A program made the position numbers and the translations under genes. A stretch of DNA of 64,000 bases from Octopus vulgaris. Lineage: Eukaryota. The stretch lies in the NCBI GenBank assembly GCA_951406725.2, contig OX597822.1:24986001-25050000 (forward strand), written 5' to 3'. Under the pieces are notes generated by a model. It saw nothing but the letters and a program-made list of their open reading frames with translations. It was not told the origin of the DNA and did not search any database. This document shows positions 42,136 to 55,972 of this stretch, piece after piece (positions within the stretch are counted from its first letter, which is position 1; every line of letters starts with the position of its first letter).

Positions 42136-42660
42136 CTGCTTATTTACTTATCATTTTCGAAAGAATGTGAAGAGCGTGGAAAGAGAGATAAAGTAAATAG
42201 GAAAATTGAGAAAAAAATGTATAAGTAAATAAATAATAAATATGATAAATAAAAATAGAAAATAAATAAAAATAGAAATGAAACAGTATATAAAAAAAAA
42301 AAAGAGAAACTACAAGATAATTTAAGTAGGTGAAAGGGGCTGCGAAGTTTATTGGTTAAGGCATACAGCGACAAGATGATGGTTGATTGAGTAACGGTAT
42401 GGGACCTAAGGAGGGAGAGAGGAGGAGGGAAAAGGAGAAGGAGCAGATGAGATGTGGTTAGGATTTTAGCAGTGGTAATAGTGGTGATGGTGGTGGTGGT
42501 GATAGTAGTAAATAGGTAAGTTGATAGGTCATTGGGTAGGTATGTATATATGTATGTATGTATGTATGCATGTATGTATGTATGTATGTATGTATGTATG
42601 TATGTATGTATGTATGTATGTATGTATGTACGAATGTATGCATGTATTTATGGATGTGTT

Positions 42661-42736
<76 letters not shown>

Positions 42737-43134
42737 GACGCACACACATGTAATAATGCATGAAGCTCTCATTACTTGAGTCACTTGTATTCTTTTATTC
42801 TTTATTCTTTTACATGTTTCAGCCCAAAGGCTGTGGCCATGCTGAAGCACCAACCATGTGGCTAAGTAGTATGTGTATGTTTGTAAATAAACATACATCT
42901 ATATCTGTATGTGTGTCTCTGTGTGTATATATATATATAGAGAGAGAGAGAAAGAGAAAGAGAGAGAGAGAGAGAGAGGTAGATATAGATATAGATATGT
43001 GTGTGTGCGCGCGCGTGTGTGTATAATAATATATATATATAATGTAAATAATATATATATGCATAGAAAGATATTTCTCCTCAATGTACCTCCATCACCG
43101 TCATCTCCATTCGAACACAACGCGCATCATTCAC

Positions 43135-43219
<85 letters not shown>

Positions 43220-43921
43220 GGATAGATAGATAGATGGATAGATAGATAGACAGATAGATGAAAAAAGCGGACAGAAATATAGTTATTTGATTAGTTAGAC
43301 AGACAGATAGAGAGACAGACAGACATTCAGAGAGACGGACAGATAGACGGGCAGACAGACCGACAGCTAGTTCGTTAGATAGACTTAAAGGTAGGTGAGT
43401 AAATGTATATTAGTAGGTAGCTAGACAGACGATGCTATGTATAAACTACTACAGAGTAGAAGTGACTCAAGGGAAATCTGGAAGCTGGTGTGAAGTCTCT
43501 CCCCTACAGTGAGTAAAGCTAACACTGAAATAATAAGGATTTCTTAGCTTGGCACGATGCCACATATCTGCACGGGGGAGGGTACAGTTGATTAAATCTA
43601 CACTGGTACATGCCTGGTACATATCTTACACGCCTGGAAGGCATGAAAGATATAGTGGACTTCAGCGCGGTTTGAACCTAGAAAGACACTGTTGCGTGAC
43701 TAATTAATTACTAACGCTGCTGCCAACTCAGATATCATAACAGAGAAATATTGATCTCTAATACTGGCACAAGGCCACACGATAGGGTGAAGGCTAATGG
43801 TCGATTATTCTGGTTTCAATACTTAACTGTAAAACCTTAGAATGAAAAAAAAAAAAAACTAAGTTGATCACATCGGGTTGTGAACCCAGAAGTTAGAAAG
43901 AAAAAAAACCGAAACCAAATC

Positions 43922-44134
43922 TATTTCTTTATTACCCACAAGGGGCTAAACATAGAGGGTACAAACGGATTAAGTCGATTACATCGACACCAGTGCGTAA
44001 CTGGTACTTAATTTATCGACCCTGAAAGGATGAAAGGCAAAGTCGACCTCGGCGGAATTTGAACTCGGACCGAAACGGCAGACGAAATACTGCTAAGCAT
44101 TTCGCCCGGGGTGCTAACGATTCTGCCAGCTCGC
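43922..44134 (-). mobile_element. Long-tail SINE A
   Basis: Family match; probable 7-bp TSD CCAAATC on both sides. Confidence 0.85.
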
Positions 44135-44459
44135 CCAAATCGGCGCTCAACCGAATCTGTCATCCATTTCTCTATGAGTGAAATGTAACGAACCAAAGTC
44201 GGAACCTCTATGTAGAAGCATGGAGTTCTAGATATACCAGTCAAATTTTCCTTACCTCAAAACGTACGATACATTACCAAAAAGGATAGGACACATTAGA
44301 TAAAATAGTCTAAGATACCCCATATCTGAAATAAAATGATGGGGCTATTATGGTTCATCTGGGGTGGAATAACAACAACAACAGTAGCAGCAATAGCCAT
44401 TAGCGAACCCCACTGGAATTTCAGTTCTAATTTTTATGTGGATGTAGATATACTACTTA

Positions 44460-44670
44460 ATACGAATCCCTAGTTGTAATGGTTACTTCGCCTCATATGT
44501 ACTCTCACCCTCAATGAACATTTTCCCTTATATGTACCCATAGCTTTTGTGAGTATCTCCTCCAATATGTACCTCCAACTTTGTTAGATATTTCCCCTTA
44601 AGAGTATCCACAACTTTAATGGATATTTCACATCATATTTACCCGCAGATATGGATGTCTTCTGCCATTT
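44460..44670. repeat. Degenerate 35-bp-period tandem repeat
   Basis: ATATGTAC-like anchors at 44495, 44530, 44565, 44600 and 44635. Related TACCCACAACT motifs continue to ~45350. Confidence 0.7.
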
Positions 44671-44847
44671 TGGATAGTTATGTTTGGTGACCATGTTAAT
44701 AATAGCACACAGAGTTGTCTCACCTAATACGTACCCATATCTTCGGTGGATATATCTCTAATGGCGTAGTTTGGCTTCCATGCAACTGGGCCACGCAAGT
44801 ATTGTGGGGGAGGGTATGCTATGTTTATTATTACTACCCAAAATTAA

Positions 44848-45068
44848 GGCAGCGAGCTGGCAGAATCGTTAGCGTACCGGGCAGGATGCTTGGCAGCATT
44901 TCGTCCGTCTTTACGTTCTGTATTCAAATTCCACAGAAGTCGACTTTGCCTTTCATACTTTCGAGATCGATAAAATAAGTGCCAGTTTAGCACTGGGGAT
45001 GATGTAATCGACTTAATCCATCCCCCCAAATTGCTGGCCTTGTGCCAAAATTTGAAGCCATTATTATT
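44848..45068 (+). mobile_element. SINE A, short tail
   Basis: Full family match ending in (ATT)n. Confidence 0.85.
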
Positions 45069-45504
45069 ACCGACTGTTGAAATTGCACGCCCTTAAGAAT
45101 TTTACACCCAGGGTAAACGCCTCTACGACTCCAGCCACACTATACTGCTGTATCTCTCTTAATACATACCCACAACTATGGGTATGTCATTTAATGGGTG
45201 CCCACGGCCTCTAATGGGTATGGGTTACCCACAACTTAGGGAAACTATTTTACTTAATGATTGCTCACACGTTCAGTGGTTATTTCACTAACACATACTT
45301 ACACCTTCAGTGACTCTCTTACGAATACGTAATTACATCTGTGGCGCCTACTCACAAAAACGTAGCCAGAAATTTGGTAGATCAACTGAAGATTGTTAGG
45401 ATCATTTTCAAGCAATTTACCCAGAATGTAATGAATTCCTGTCTAAATGTATTATTTTGGGTATTAATAAACCTGCACAAGACTGAGTATAGTTGCTAGT
45501 ACAT

Positions 45505-45686
45505 AGATCGCTAGCCACTACACATTCTTTATTTTCTCTCTTTGTTTCTTTTTGTGTTCCTTTCTGTGGAAGAGCATATGCTCGAAACGTTAAAGACTTT
45601 TTCACTTCCCGAGCGTTATACTAATACATCTGTTTGTTGTCTACACCACCTGTCTTCGTCTTTTGAATTTTTTGTGAATTCTCCCT
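45505..45686 (+). mobile_element. Penelope pLTR-like repeat with hammerhead-like motif (45560-45595)
   Basis: CUUU-CUGUGGA-A-GAGC-AUAU-GCUC-GAAAC-GUU-AAAG, followed by (TACA)n. Confidence 0.65.
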
Positions 45687-46376
45687 ACATACATACATAC
45701 ATACATACATACATACATACATACATACATACAATAGAATTTTCCAAAGATTCTCCCCCTGAGATTCTTTAGATGAATAGACACTTGGGACTTGGGTGCG
45801 TGCGTCGACAGCTCAACCAACACGAGCCAACTCAACCACACATTTACAAAGAACCGGAACTCTCTTGACTCAAAAAGTCTTGTCGCTTTGTTAGCGACCG
45901 GCTTGAACTCTCTTCAGAACTTAAAACTCAGAAAAACATACATACATACATGCATACATACACAAATATTCATACATACTAATATTGACGGAATTGATGA
46001 TATGGTTCCTTACAGTGATTGACTAGTTACATCTCTGTCGACAGGAATCTCGGAACGAGAAAATATTGATTTTAATCATTGTGAGGAATTATATATTTAA
46101 TTCCCTAAGCACAGGTTGCGGCAAAAAACTTCTCGCATTTAACGGACTTACAAAAGTTTTACCAGCAAACGTATGGTGTGCACCGACTCAAATCATACCA
46201 ATAATTATAAATAAAAAATGGTAAAACATTAGTTATATAAAGGCACCTTTAACATCTGCCCAACTTTATTAGCACTGTCCCAACAGGCATGTAAAAATAT
46301 GAGAGGTCGTTCTATCGCACACTGTACATACTCCAGGCAATGCATTGGGTTCAGTTGCTAGAGATGGCTGTCTAGC

Positions 46377-46456
<80 letters not shown>

Positions 46457-46457
46457 C

Positions 46458-46595
<138 letters not shown>

Positions 46596-46708
46596 GTATA
46601 CATATATATCAATGAATGTTTCGCATTTTTCCTGTAAAGTGAATTAACAAGAAAGCCGAGGGAATAGTCAAATTTAGAGCCATGGTACATAAACACTAAT
46701 GTATATGT

Positions 46709-46764
<56 letters not shown>

Positions 46765-47250
46765 AAGAATGAGAGAAAGAGAGTGAAAAAGAGAGAGAGA
46801 GAGGAATAGTGAACAAGAGTGTTTTTTCATATTTATATGTGTTTACGTACATGTTTTGCTTGTACTGAAATGCGTAGGCTAGTTGGCATACACGTTGGTG
46901 ATGAGTTTCCTAGATGTTCAACAAATCTATTTTTCTCCTAATATTTTCTCAAGCTCAGTAACATTTTAAATGGAAACCTATCAATTTACTATATCACCTA
47001 TTCACTTACTAAGAATATACTATCACGATCTTACGCTAACTAGTCAGTACATTTGATATAACTATTCTATTCTGATTTCCTTTGTACTGTTCTCTTCTGA
47101 ACATAAAATTCTGAAAGAGACAACGCTTGATCTTGTTTGGTCTGGTATATTCTATGTAAGGGGACAGCATCTGCTGTCAAAGGTCTCACAGGGTCTCTAT
47201 CCACACGTTATAAGCTTTGATACTTGGTTGTTAATTATCGTGGGAGACAT

Positions 47251-47499
47251 TCAACGGTCAAGTACCAATCTCAAAATCCTAGCTGTCCCCAGCAGCGCAA
47301 TTTTGGGGGCTTGCTCTGCTCTCATGTCAATTCCGATTTTTTTGACATATTTCTCGAAGCTCCTACAACTACTGGAATGACAAACATTCTTCTCGTAGTC
47401 CACATTCTTGCGATTTGGTCTTTTAGTAGTCTGCATTTTTCAATCTTTTCTAGTTCTTTGTCACTTATGCGCAAATCTCCAGCTATTGCTAATATCTAT
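47251..47499 (-). pseudogene. R4/Dong-type non-LTR retrotransposon, restriction-like endonuclease C-terminus (frameshifted fragment)
   Basis: Manual translation gives IDI/AIAGDLRISDKELEKIEKCRLLKDQIARMWTTRRMFVIPVVVGA, then FEKYVKKIGIDMRAEQAPKIALLGTARILRLVL. Both match the R4-clade RLE terminus (D.A.P.D...KE.EK..KY; VIPVV.GA; LLGTARILR). Confidence 0.8.
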
Positions 47500-47504
47500 A
47501 ATCT

Positions 47505-47819
47505 TGGTTTCCTTTTTGGTTTCCTCATCCCTAAAAATTTCAGGTCTTGTGCTTATAGTGGAAAAGATTATTATAAAGGCGGTGAGCTGGCAAAATTGTT
47601 AGCACGCAGGGCAAAATGCCTAGCGGTATTTCGTCTGTCGCTACGTTCTATGTTAAAATTCCACCGAGGTCAACTTTGCTTTTCATCCTGTGCGGTTCGA
47701 TAAATTAGTACCAGTGCAACACTGGGGATCGATGTAATCGATTAACTCCCCCCCACAAAATTTCAGGCCTTGTAGAAAGGATTATCACCGGCATCAAGAT
47801 TATTATTATTATTATTATA

Positions 47820-47882
<63 letters not shown>

Positions 47883-48290
47883 GTTGCGAACTGGCAAAAT
47901 CGTTAGCAAGCCGAGCAAAATGTTTAGTGGTATTTCGTCCGTCTCTACGTTCTGACTTCAAATTCAATGCCAAATACTAGCCAAATACTGGGAGGATGTA
48001 ATCAATTTCTCTCTTTCCCTCAAAATTTCAGGCAGTGTCGACAATAGAAAGAAATATTAAGTCACGATTACGGTGAACAACTCTATGGGTCGTCAGTACG
48101 TAGGACAAAATACTTGACCACATTTCTTCAGGAATTTTACTTTCTGAGTGCAAAGCCTACCAGACCACTTTTACCTTTTATCTTTTTGTATCGATAAAAT
48201 AAGTACCAGTCACGCACTGGGGTCGATGTAATCGACTTGGCCCTTCCCCTCAAAATGGCTGGCCTGGTGCCAAAATTAGAAAGAATTTAT
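47505..48290 (+). mobile_element. Array of SINE A copies separated by (ATT)n
   Basis: Family core at ~47578, ~47885 and ~48100. Confidence 0.75.
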
Positions 48291-50118
48291 TATTCGCGTA
48301 ATTAGAGTCGAATTTGGCTTAATAATAAGCAAACCAGACTAAAATGAAGGATCGCGGATATTTAGCTAATTCCCTCTACGTCATGAGTTCTAGTATAAAC
48401 TACACCGGTTTCTGGACAGCAAACATAAGCCCATGTATACATACGTGCGCGCACGCATGCACGCACGCATGCATGCATGCACACTTGCACGCACACATGC
48501 ACGCTATCCTGATGAAAAGTCAGAGTTGTTGCAAAAAGATGTATTTGGCGTCGATGCACAATGAGTACATTCCAGAGTCATTTACCTTTACTTAGCCATG
48601 TCTGTTATTGCCCAGCCTGTATTTATTTATGTTTAGATATTTCTCCTTCAGATTCCAAATATAACGCTATAAATATGTTGAATATCTTATTCGTACGTTG
48701 CACAAAAGAATGCATTTATGTAGGCATGTCAGCGGGGTTAATAATTCTAAACTGTAAGCATAAGCAAGCACACTCAAACGGACATTACACACATTACATA
48801 CATACTTGCACACACACGCATACATATAACACATACATACATATACGCATATACTCGAATATTCGACGAGTTTCCACACACTTTGTCTTAATCAAACACC
48901 TTCCATAAGATAGTATTCAACCCGAGAATATACTAGAGGACACTTGCTCAAGGTGCATTGCAATGGATTCGAACTCAAAATGACGACTGCACAGCGAAAT
49001 TATTAACATCAAGGCCATGCTTGCAACTACGCATTCTTCCTGCAGTACTTTTGTGGCGGTTTATTTGAATTTCCAGGAAAAATATTCTATTCATAAATAC
49101 AGATTTGGCAACGCAGAGGGCTATCACTATGCGTAAAAGGTTCTAGAAAATACCCTTTATATGTCGAGGGAATATACATCATTACGCAACAATTTTACCT
49201 ATCAACATTAATATTCTTACCTTACTGGTACAGCTAGAGGCGAACATAGAGCAATCAACGAAAATAATTGCTAGTATATAGATTATGCTAGCAGGATCAT
49301 AATAAAACCAACTTTATTTACATAACCTGATCACTATTACATTATCTATATAATAACGATGGCGTCTGTTTCTTAGTAACTGGAAATGGAGTAAGCGAAT
49401 CCTGACAATGGCTTTAACAAAAAATGGGAACCATTCAATTAAATGACTCACTATTGGATCTCTGTCGATCACTGAGTCTATTTTCAAGGAAAGGCTAAAA
49501 ATATGCATCTTAAACATATGATCGTATTTTTGTTTTAATCGTATATAAGCTACATCGCTGCTAGAGTTAATTAATTGTCAATTAATAACCAGCTGCTATG
49601 TAAATAAAGTGTAGCCTATCCGGAACAAGATCACATAATCCATATGGTAATGATTCATTATAGTCTCTCAGCAATTAGAGTTAAGTAAACGTGTATAGAC
49701 GGTGGGTCTCATGACGAAACTAATCAACTGGCTGACTTGAACTCGCGCCCCAGCAGTGGAGAGCCACGTGGTTTGACCACGGGGTCTATTTTCATGCTAA
49801 GGATAAAAACATTATAAATATGATCATAACATTTATTTACTATATAAACGCGTGCGTGCGTTTGGTGTGTGTGTTTGGTGGTGTGCGCGAGTGGTGTTAT
49901 GTGTGTGTACGGGGTGGTAGTGGTGGTGGTGGTGTGTGTGTATATTGTGTGTGTGTGTATATGGTGTATATGCGTGTGGTGGTGTGTGTGCGTATGTGTG
50001 TGTGTGTTTATAGTTCGCTCTCATCTAAATTGCAATGAAGCAAAGTACCCAATACTGATAATTAAGATCTGCATGATTAATTTTTCGTAGTTTCTTATTC
50101 ATCCAACCAGACACACAC

Positions 50119-50174
<56 letters not shown>

Positions 50175-50344
50175 ACACACACACAGACACACACGCACAC
50201 ACACACAAACACACACATATAGACAAGCCAACACACAGATGCGAGCGGGTAGGCGTACACGCATACAGTTATTTACCCATATATATATGTATGTGTGTGT
50301 GTGTGTGTGTGTATCTTTATGTGTGTATAACATACATGAATATA

Positions 50345-50391
<47 letters not shown>

Positions 50392-50775
50392 ATATATATG
50401 TATACAGACATACATGCATGTATATGTCTTAAATGCTATTATCTCAATGGAATTCAATTAAATAAACACACAATCGCTCATTCTCTGAGATGAGAGATTA
50501 GAGACAGATACTGCAAAAGAAAAAAACAAAAAAGAAAATTTACTCAAACAAGACTAACATTAAAAAATAATATGAGACTAAGAAAAACATATTTAAAAAC
50601 TCCCTAACAAATATACTTCCTGATAAATCTGATTGGTAAAAAAAATGCAACAAAAATTCAGAAAAATATGACAAACAAATACTAAACAACGGCTACCAGT
50701 TTGGCGTGTCATTTCACATCATTAACCACTCGAAAATTTAGTATTCTAAAGTAAATACACACACACACATATATA

Positions 50776-50995
50776 TATTTCTTTACTATCCACAAGGGGC
50801 TAAACATAGAGGAGGACAGACAAACGGATTAAGTCGAGTATATCGACCCCAGTGTGTAACTGGTACTTATTTAATCGACCCCGAAAGGATGAAAGGCAAA
50901 GTCGACCTCGGCGGAATTTGAACTCAGAGCGTAACGGCAGACGAAATACGGCTACGCATTTTGCCCGGCGTGCTAACGTTTCTGCCAGCTCGCCA
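50776..50995 (-). mobile_element. Long-tail SINE A
   Basis: Close reverse-complement match to 61894-62124. Confidence 0.9.
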
Positions 50996-51002
50996 CATAT
51001 AT

Positions 51003-51458
51003 AGGCGCAGGAGTGACTGTATGCTTGAATATTTGTAATGGACTATTAAGTCCAATAAGTAGCTTGAATATTTGTAATGGACTATTAAGTCCAATAATTG
51101 TAAAAACTGTCGTGAGAGGTTCAATACCTCGTTTTGTTTATTCTGTTGGAAAAAAACCCAAAACAACAACAATGTTTTAGAGAAGCAGAAAATCGGCGGG
51201 CGCTTTTTGCCCTCTCTCATCAATATCATCTTTGTTTCATCATTCACCTCATCAATGTATATGTCCAGCCCACAAGCTACTCTTTGTAATGCCTTTATGC
51301 CAAATCTTAATGAAATAAAGTAGCTTGCTTACGAACCACATGGCTCCGGTTTAATTCTCGGAGCGTGGCACCTTGGGCAAGTGTCTTCTACTTTAGCCTC
51401 GGGCCGATCAAAGCCTTCTGAGTGGATTTGCTAGACAGAAACTGAAAGAAACCCGTCG

Positions 51459-51549
<91 letters not shown>

Positions 51550-51660
51550 GTGTGAGACCGATAGAATAAGTACTAGGTTTACAAAGAATGTCCTGGAGTC
51601 GATTTGTTCGACTAAAGGTGGTGCTTCAGCATGGCTGCAGTCAAATGACTGAAACAGATA
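51003..51660 (+). mobile_element. SINE B interrupted in its head by a ~300-bp insertion
   Basis: Head GGAGTGACTGT breaks at ~51022 and resumes as AAGTAGCTTGCTTACGAACC at 51318. Confidence 0.8.
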
Positions 51661-52198
51661 TATATATAGATATATATAGATATATAGATATACATACATA
51701 CATACATACATACATACATACATACATACATACATACATACATACATGCATACATACATACAAATATATACGCGAACATTCATTTATTCATACATGTAAG
51801 CAAGCATACGTACATACGCACATACATACATATACAGAGAGAAAGTGAGAAAGAGAGAGATAGAGAATGAGAGAAACGCAGAGAGAGTGTGATATACATA
51901 TGCACCCATACACATGTCCACACACACACACACACACACGTACATCCCCACTCGTCTGCGTACACATGCCAACACATGCACACACATCCACACCCACCCT
52001 TTCACACACTCTTCAGACTGCCTCTCAACCACCCTTCAGACTGCTCCGACTCACTACTGACCATCCCATCGATGCACACATGCAAAAACACACAACCACC
52101 CATACATAAACCTGTCACCATAGCTGCTGACCTCTAACTACAACATTAACAGACATACGCAGATCACTCACATAAACATACACATGTAAACAGTTAAA

Positions 52199-52265
<67 letters not shown>

Positions 52266-52653
52266 AGTTACCACCACACGCACACACGCACTCAGTCATT
52301 ACCACACACATGCTACCATACACACACACGGTATCACACACACACACATACCACCACCATCACACGCGTACTCGCCACCACACACACACACATACATTCA
52401 GTTACTGTCACACACATACGCTACCATACACACATACGCTTTCACACACAGGCACACACATGCCACCACACACACACACTCGCGCAGACACCCACACATA
52501 CACACAGAAACCAACCATTCTTCACACTCTTATGTCCCAGAAAGCACTGTCTCCTTGTCCATCTACTTCCGGTCATTCCAAGAGGTAACTACACGCAGAC
52601 TGTTGGTAATTTTTTTCTTCCTCCTTTTTATTTTGGACTTTTCTTATGTCTCC

Positions 52654-52690
52654 TGTTTTTGAAGAAGAGCTTTGCACGAAAAGTAAAACA
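52654..52690 (+). ncRNA. Degenerate minimal hammerhead-like motif
   Basis: UGUUU-UUGAAGA-A-GAGC-UUU-GCAC-GAAAA-GUA-AAACA, with stem I UGUUU/AAACA. Confidence 0.45.
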
Positions 52691-52849
52691 ACCACTCTTT
52701 CTTTCCATCCTCACGTTGTTGTTTTTTTCCTGTTGTCTTTTTTCTCCGTTTTTTAAATTAATTATATATAAACACACATACATATCATATGCAAATATTT
52801 ATCCATACACATGTATGTATGTATGTATGTATGTATGTATGTATGTATG

Positions 52850-52899
<50 letters not shown>

Positions 52900-53319
52900 A
52901 GTGTCTGTATATCTAGTTAGCTATCTGTCTACATACGGTTCTCTTAACTATATTTGATGGCACTGGACCATTTTCATGACAGTTCCGCCAACACTGTAGG
53001 GATAGTATGAAAAAGTAAAACAAGAAATCTAAACATTAGTTTTGGTCCAAGTAAATTGAAACCTAACTTATTTCACAAAAAAAAAATAGTAAATAAATAT
53101 GTAAATAAATAAATTTTAAAAAAGAGAGGAAGGAGAAATGATTAAAATGATAAACTAACAAAAGGTAAAAAAATACAGGAAAAGAACAAATATATCTTTC
53201 TAGAACCAAAGATAAAGAAATGTAAAGTTTAAAATAACATAGTTTGAAGGAAGCATTACGTTGTTGTCAATATGCCTTCGAAAATAGTTATGAAACAAAA
53301 GAGAAGTTTGGCTATATAA

Positions 53320-53740
53320 TCTTTTCTACTAGAGACACAAAGCCTGAAATTTCGTGGGGAGTGGTTTGTTGATTACATCGACTTCCAGGGTTTAACTGGT
53401 ACTTAATTTATTGACTACGAAAAGGTGAAAGGCAAAGTCAACCACGATGGATTTTGAAGTCGGAACGTAAAGGCGGTGAGCTGGCAGAAACGTTAGCACG
53501 TTGGGCGAAATGCTTAACGGTATGTCGTCTGCCGTTGCGTTCTGAGTTCAAATTCCGCCGAGGTCGACTTTGCCTTTCATCCTTTCGGGGTCGATAAATT
53601 AAGTACCAGTTACGCATTGGGGTCGATGTAATCGACTTAATCCGTTTGTCTGTCCTTATTTGTCCTCTCTATGTTTAGCCCCTTGTGGGTAGTAAAGAAA
53701 CAGGAACGTAAAGCGCTCGAAGAAATGTTGAGAAGAAATT
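53320..53740. mobile_element. SINE A (-) interrupted by a long-tail SINE A (+, ~53472-53702)
   Basis: 11-bp TSD GGAACGTAAAG at 53462-53472 and 53703-53713. Confidence 0.9.
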
Positions 53741-53827
53741 GCTTGTATAAATAATTAGGATTACTAATTTAGGAACAATGCCAACAGTTTTAAGAGGAGG
53801 GTATTACTGATACATCGACTCCAGTCA

Positions 53828-54427
53828 ATTTCTTTATTAACCATGAGGTTGAGAAAAAGAGGAGACGATACGAGGACAAACAAAACAAACATTGGGGTCA
53901 GGGTATCGAATGAGACGAAACGTATGAATAAACAAACAATTAAAATATATACAATGAAATGAGAATGAGTGATTAACAAAAAATGAAGCGGAGGACGCGG
54001 TTGACCCACAAATCATTCTCGTTTAAACAGGTTCTTTCACTCGCAACACACTTTGCGACAGACATTTCTTCTCCAGCCTTATTTTCCGTTTCATGTGGGA
54101 AACGAAAAAGTCGATTAGCTCGAGACTGGAGATAAACATGTCTGTTGCAATTCCTTTCACTCTCGTCTTCCATACTACCTCTTTCGCCACAGCAACTACC
54201 GAGAGAAAACAGACTCACTCCTCCCTATTCAAGGAGGTCGGCGGAACAATCTTAATTACAGATTCGCTCGACAGTTGTACTCTTCTCGAATGCGACAGCA
54301 AGTGTTCGACATAAACCCAGAATTCAGTCACCTTGGGGCGTTGCACAATCGCGTGCAGGACAGATTCACTGTCCCTCTCACATCTTGCACAAACCGGCGA
54401 AGGTGCACACCCATGTATAAAGAGCTT
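53828..54427 (-). pseudogene. Tx1/L1-clade LINE 3' fragment: ORF2 C-terminal zinc-knuckle region (54023-54427) plus 3' UTR
   Basis: Manual translation KLFIHGCAPSPVCARCERDSESVLHAIVQRPKVTEFWVYVE...EE*VCFLSVVAVAKEVVWKTRVK...HMKRKIRLEKKCL. It shows CxxC-E-x3-H-x4-(C>R) and the AKxxxWxxR motif, with one stop at 54215-54217. The 3' UTR ends AATAAAGAAAT. Confidence 0.8.
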
Positions 54428-54761
54428 AAGGTGATTTAGCAGGATCGTTAAGAGCGTCGGATGGAATGTCGTGTGATATTTGTTACGGTTTTCTGCTCTA
54501 TGAGTTCAAATCTCACTGGTTAGATATGCCTTCCATCCGTTCGGGATTGACGAATAAGTACAGAGATTGATTCCTCCCCAACTTCTTGTCTGTCTGTTTG
54601 TCTAACATATAGTAGCAGTGATGAGTTGTTAGAAGGAAGTGAGTGACTTTTCATAATGTACCTCTTCTCAGGCCAGTTACTTTCATAAGATGAGTATGCT
54701 CGCCTTCGCTCTAATCGAGTACGGCACATGTTGATGATAAATGAGAGGGATAGACAGAAAA

Positions 54762-54792
<31 letters not shown>

Positions 54793-55972
54793 GATAGATA
54801 GATAGATAGGCTGAGAGAGAGAAAGGAGACTAGTTGTTATGACAGTGAAGACAAAATGTGTAGGGAAGGAAGGAATATATGAAAGAGGTGGGAGACATGT
54901 TAAGGCGCGGGGAAGCAGTAACATGTGTTAATGGTGTAAGGAAGCGGTCAGAGGGAGAAGAAAATAAAAGGAATGCCAAGAGACTATATAAAAAACAGAA
55001 CAACAAAAATTACAATGTTGACGGAAGAGAAGGGGTTAATGATAGAGAAACAAACGTTCAGTTGTTTGTTTCATGAAAATAATCAAGGCACTTTACTTGC
55101 CAATCAACTACGACTCGGAAAATAATTAGCTTTTTCTTTTAAATAACAGAAAGTGATAGTGTGGCAGAAGAATGTTTGTTTTTGCTATGGTTTTTGTTTT
55201 ACTTGCTTCTGTTCGTCAATTTTTGGGATTTTTTGTTGGGTGGGATGGGTGTCTTTTTAGATGATTTCAACTTTATGAATGGGAAAAGACCGGGTGAGTT
55301 ACAGGACTTGGGCTAACGACTCCAACTCATGGGTTGTTGAATTCAAATTTTTTTCCGGGTGTTACGGTTTAAGGGTTTAAAAACAAATGATAGAAAATTG
55401 ACTGGAAATAACGACAGTGAAATCCCATAATTTCACAAAGAGAACTGGTGAAATCCCTTAATTTATTTACAGAACTTCCTCATTAAGGCGAATCCATAGA
55501 CACGTACTTTTGAAGAATCCTCAAATTAGCGACCTGGTTCGAATCTGCGTTACAAAGTAGACTTCGGGATAAATCGGGTGGTGGATTAAATATACCATCC
55601 GAGTAAGCAGCGCTGGATTAACCATTAAGTAAAATAAGCAAGTACTTAGGGCATCAAGAGAAGGCTAGGGGGTACCACAGAAATGGTAAATGGTTTACGG
55701 CACAAAATAAATCACTTTAAACTTGCTAAAATGGTATTTGGTATGCCCTGTCTCTACTAAGTATAGAAGCAGGTGCGTAATTAAAATTAATTTTGAGGAT
55801 CTGATCATAGACTTTGCAATTAACAAAAGTCGGAGAAAATTTTCCAAATATAAATAAAGTAGAAGTCTACAAGGAAAAATATCAGTTTCGATTATATTTT
55901 TAGTTTTGTTCCATATTGAAAAATTAAAATTCACTTTATTGTTTATATTTTGAATTACAGATATATGGTGGT

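Noticed and set aside
44460-44670. CRISPR-like regular spacing
   Set aside because: Eukaryotic context, no identical repeats with unique spacers, and no cas genes.
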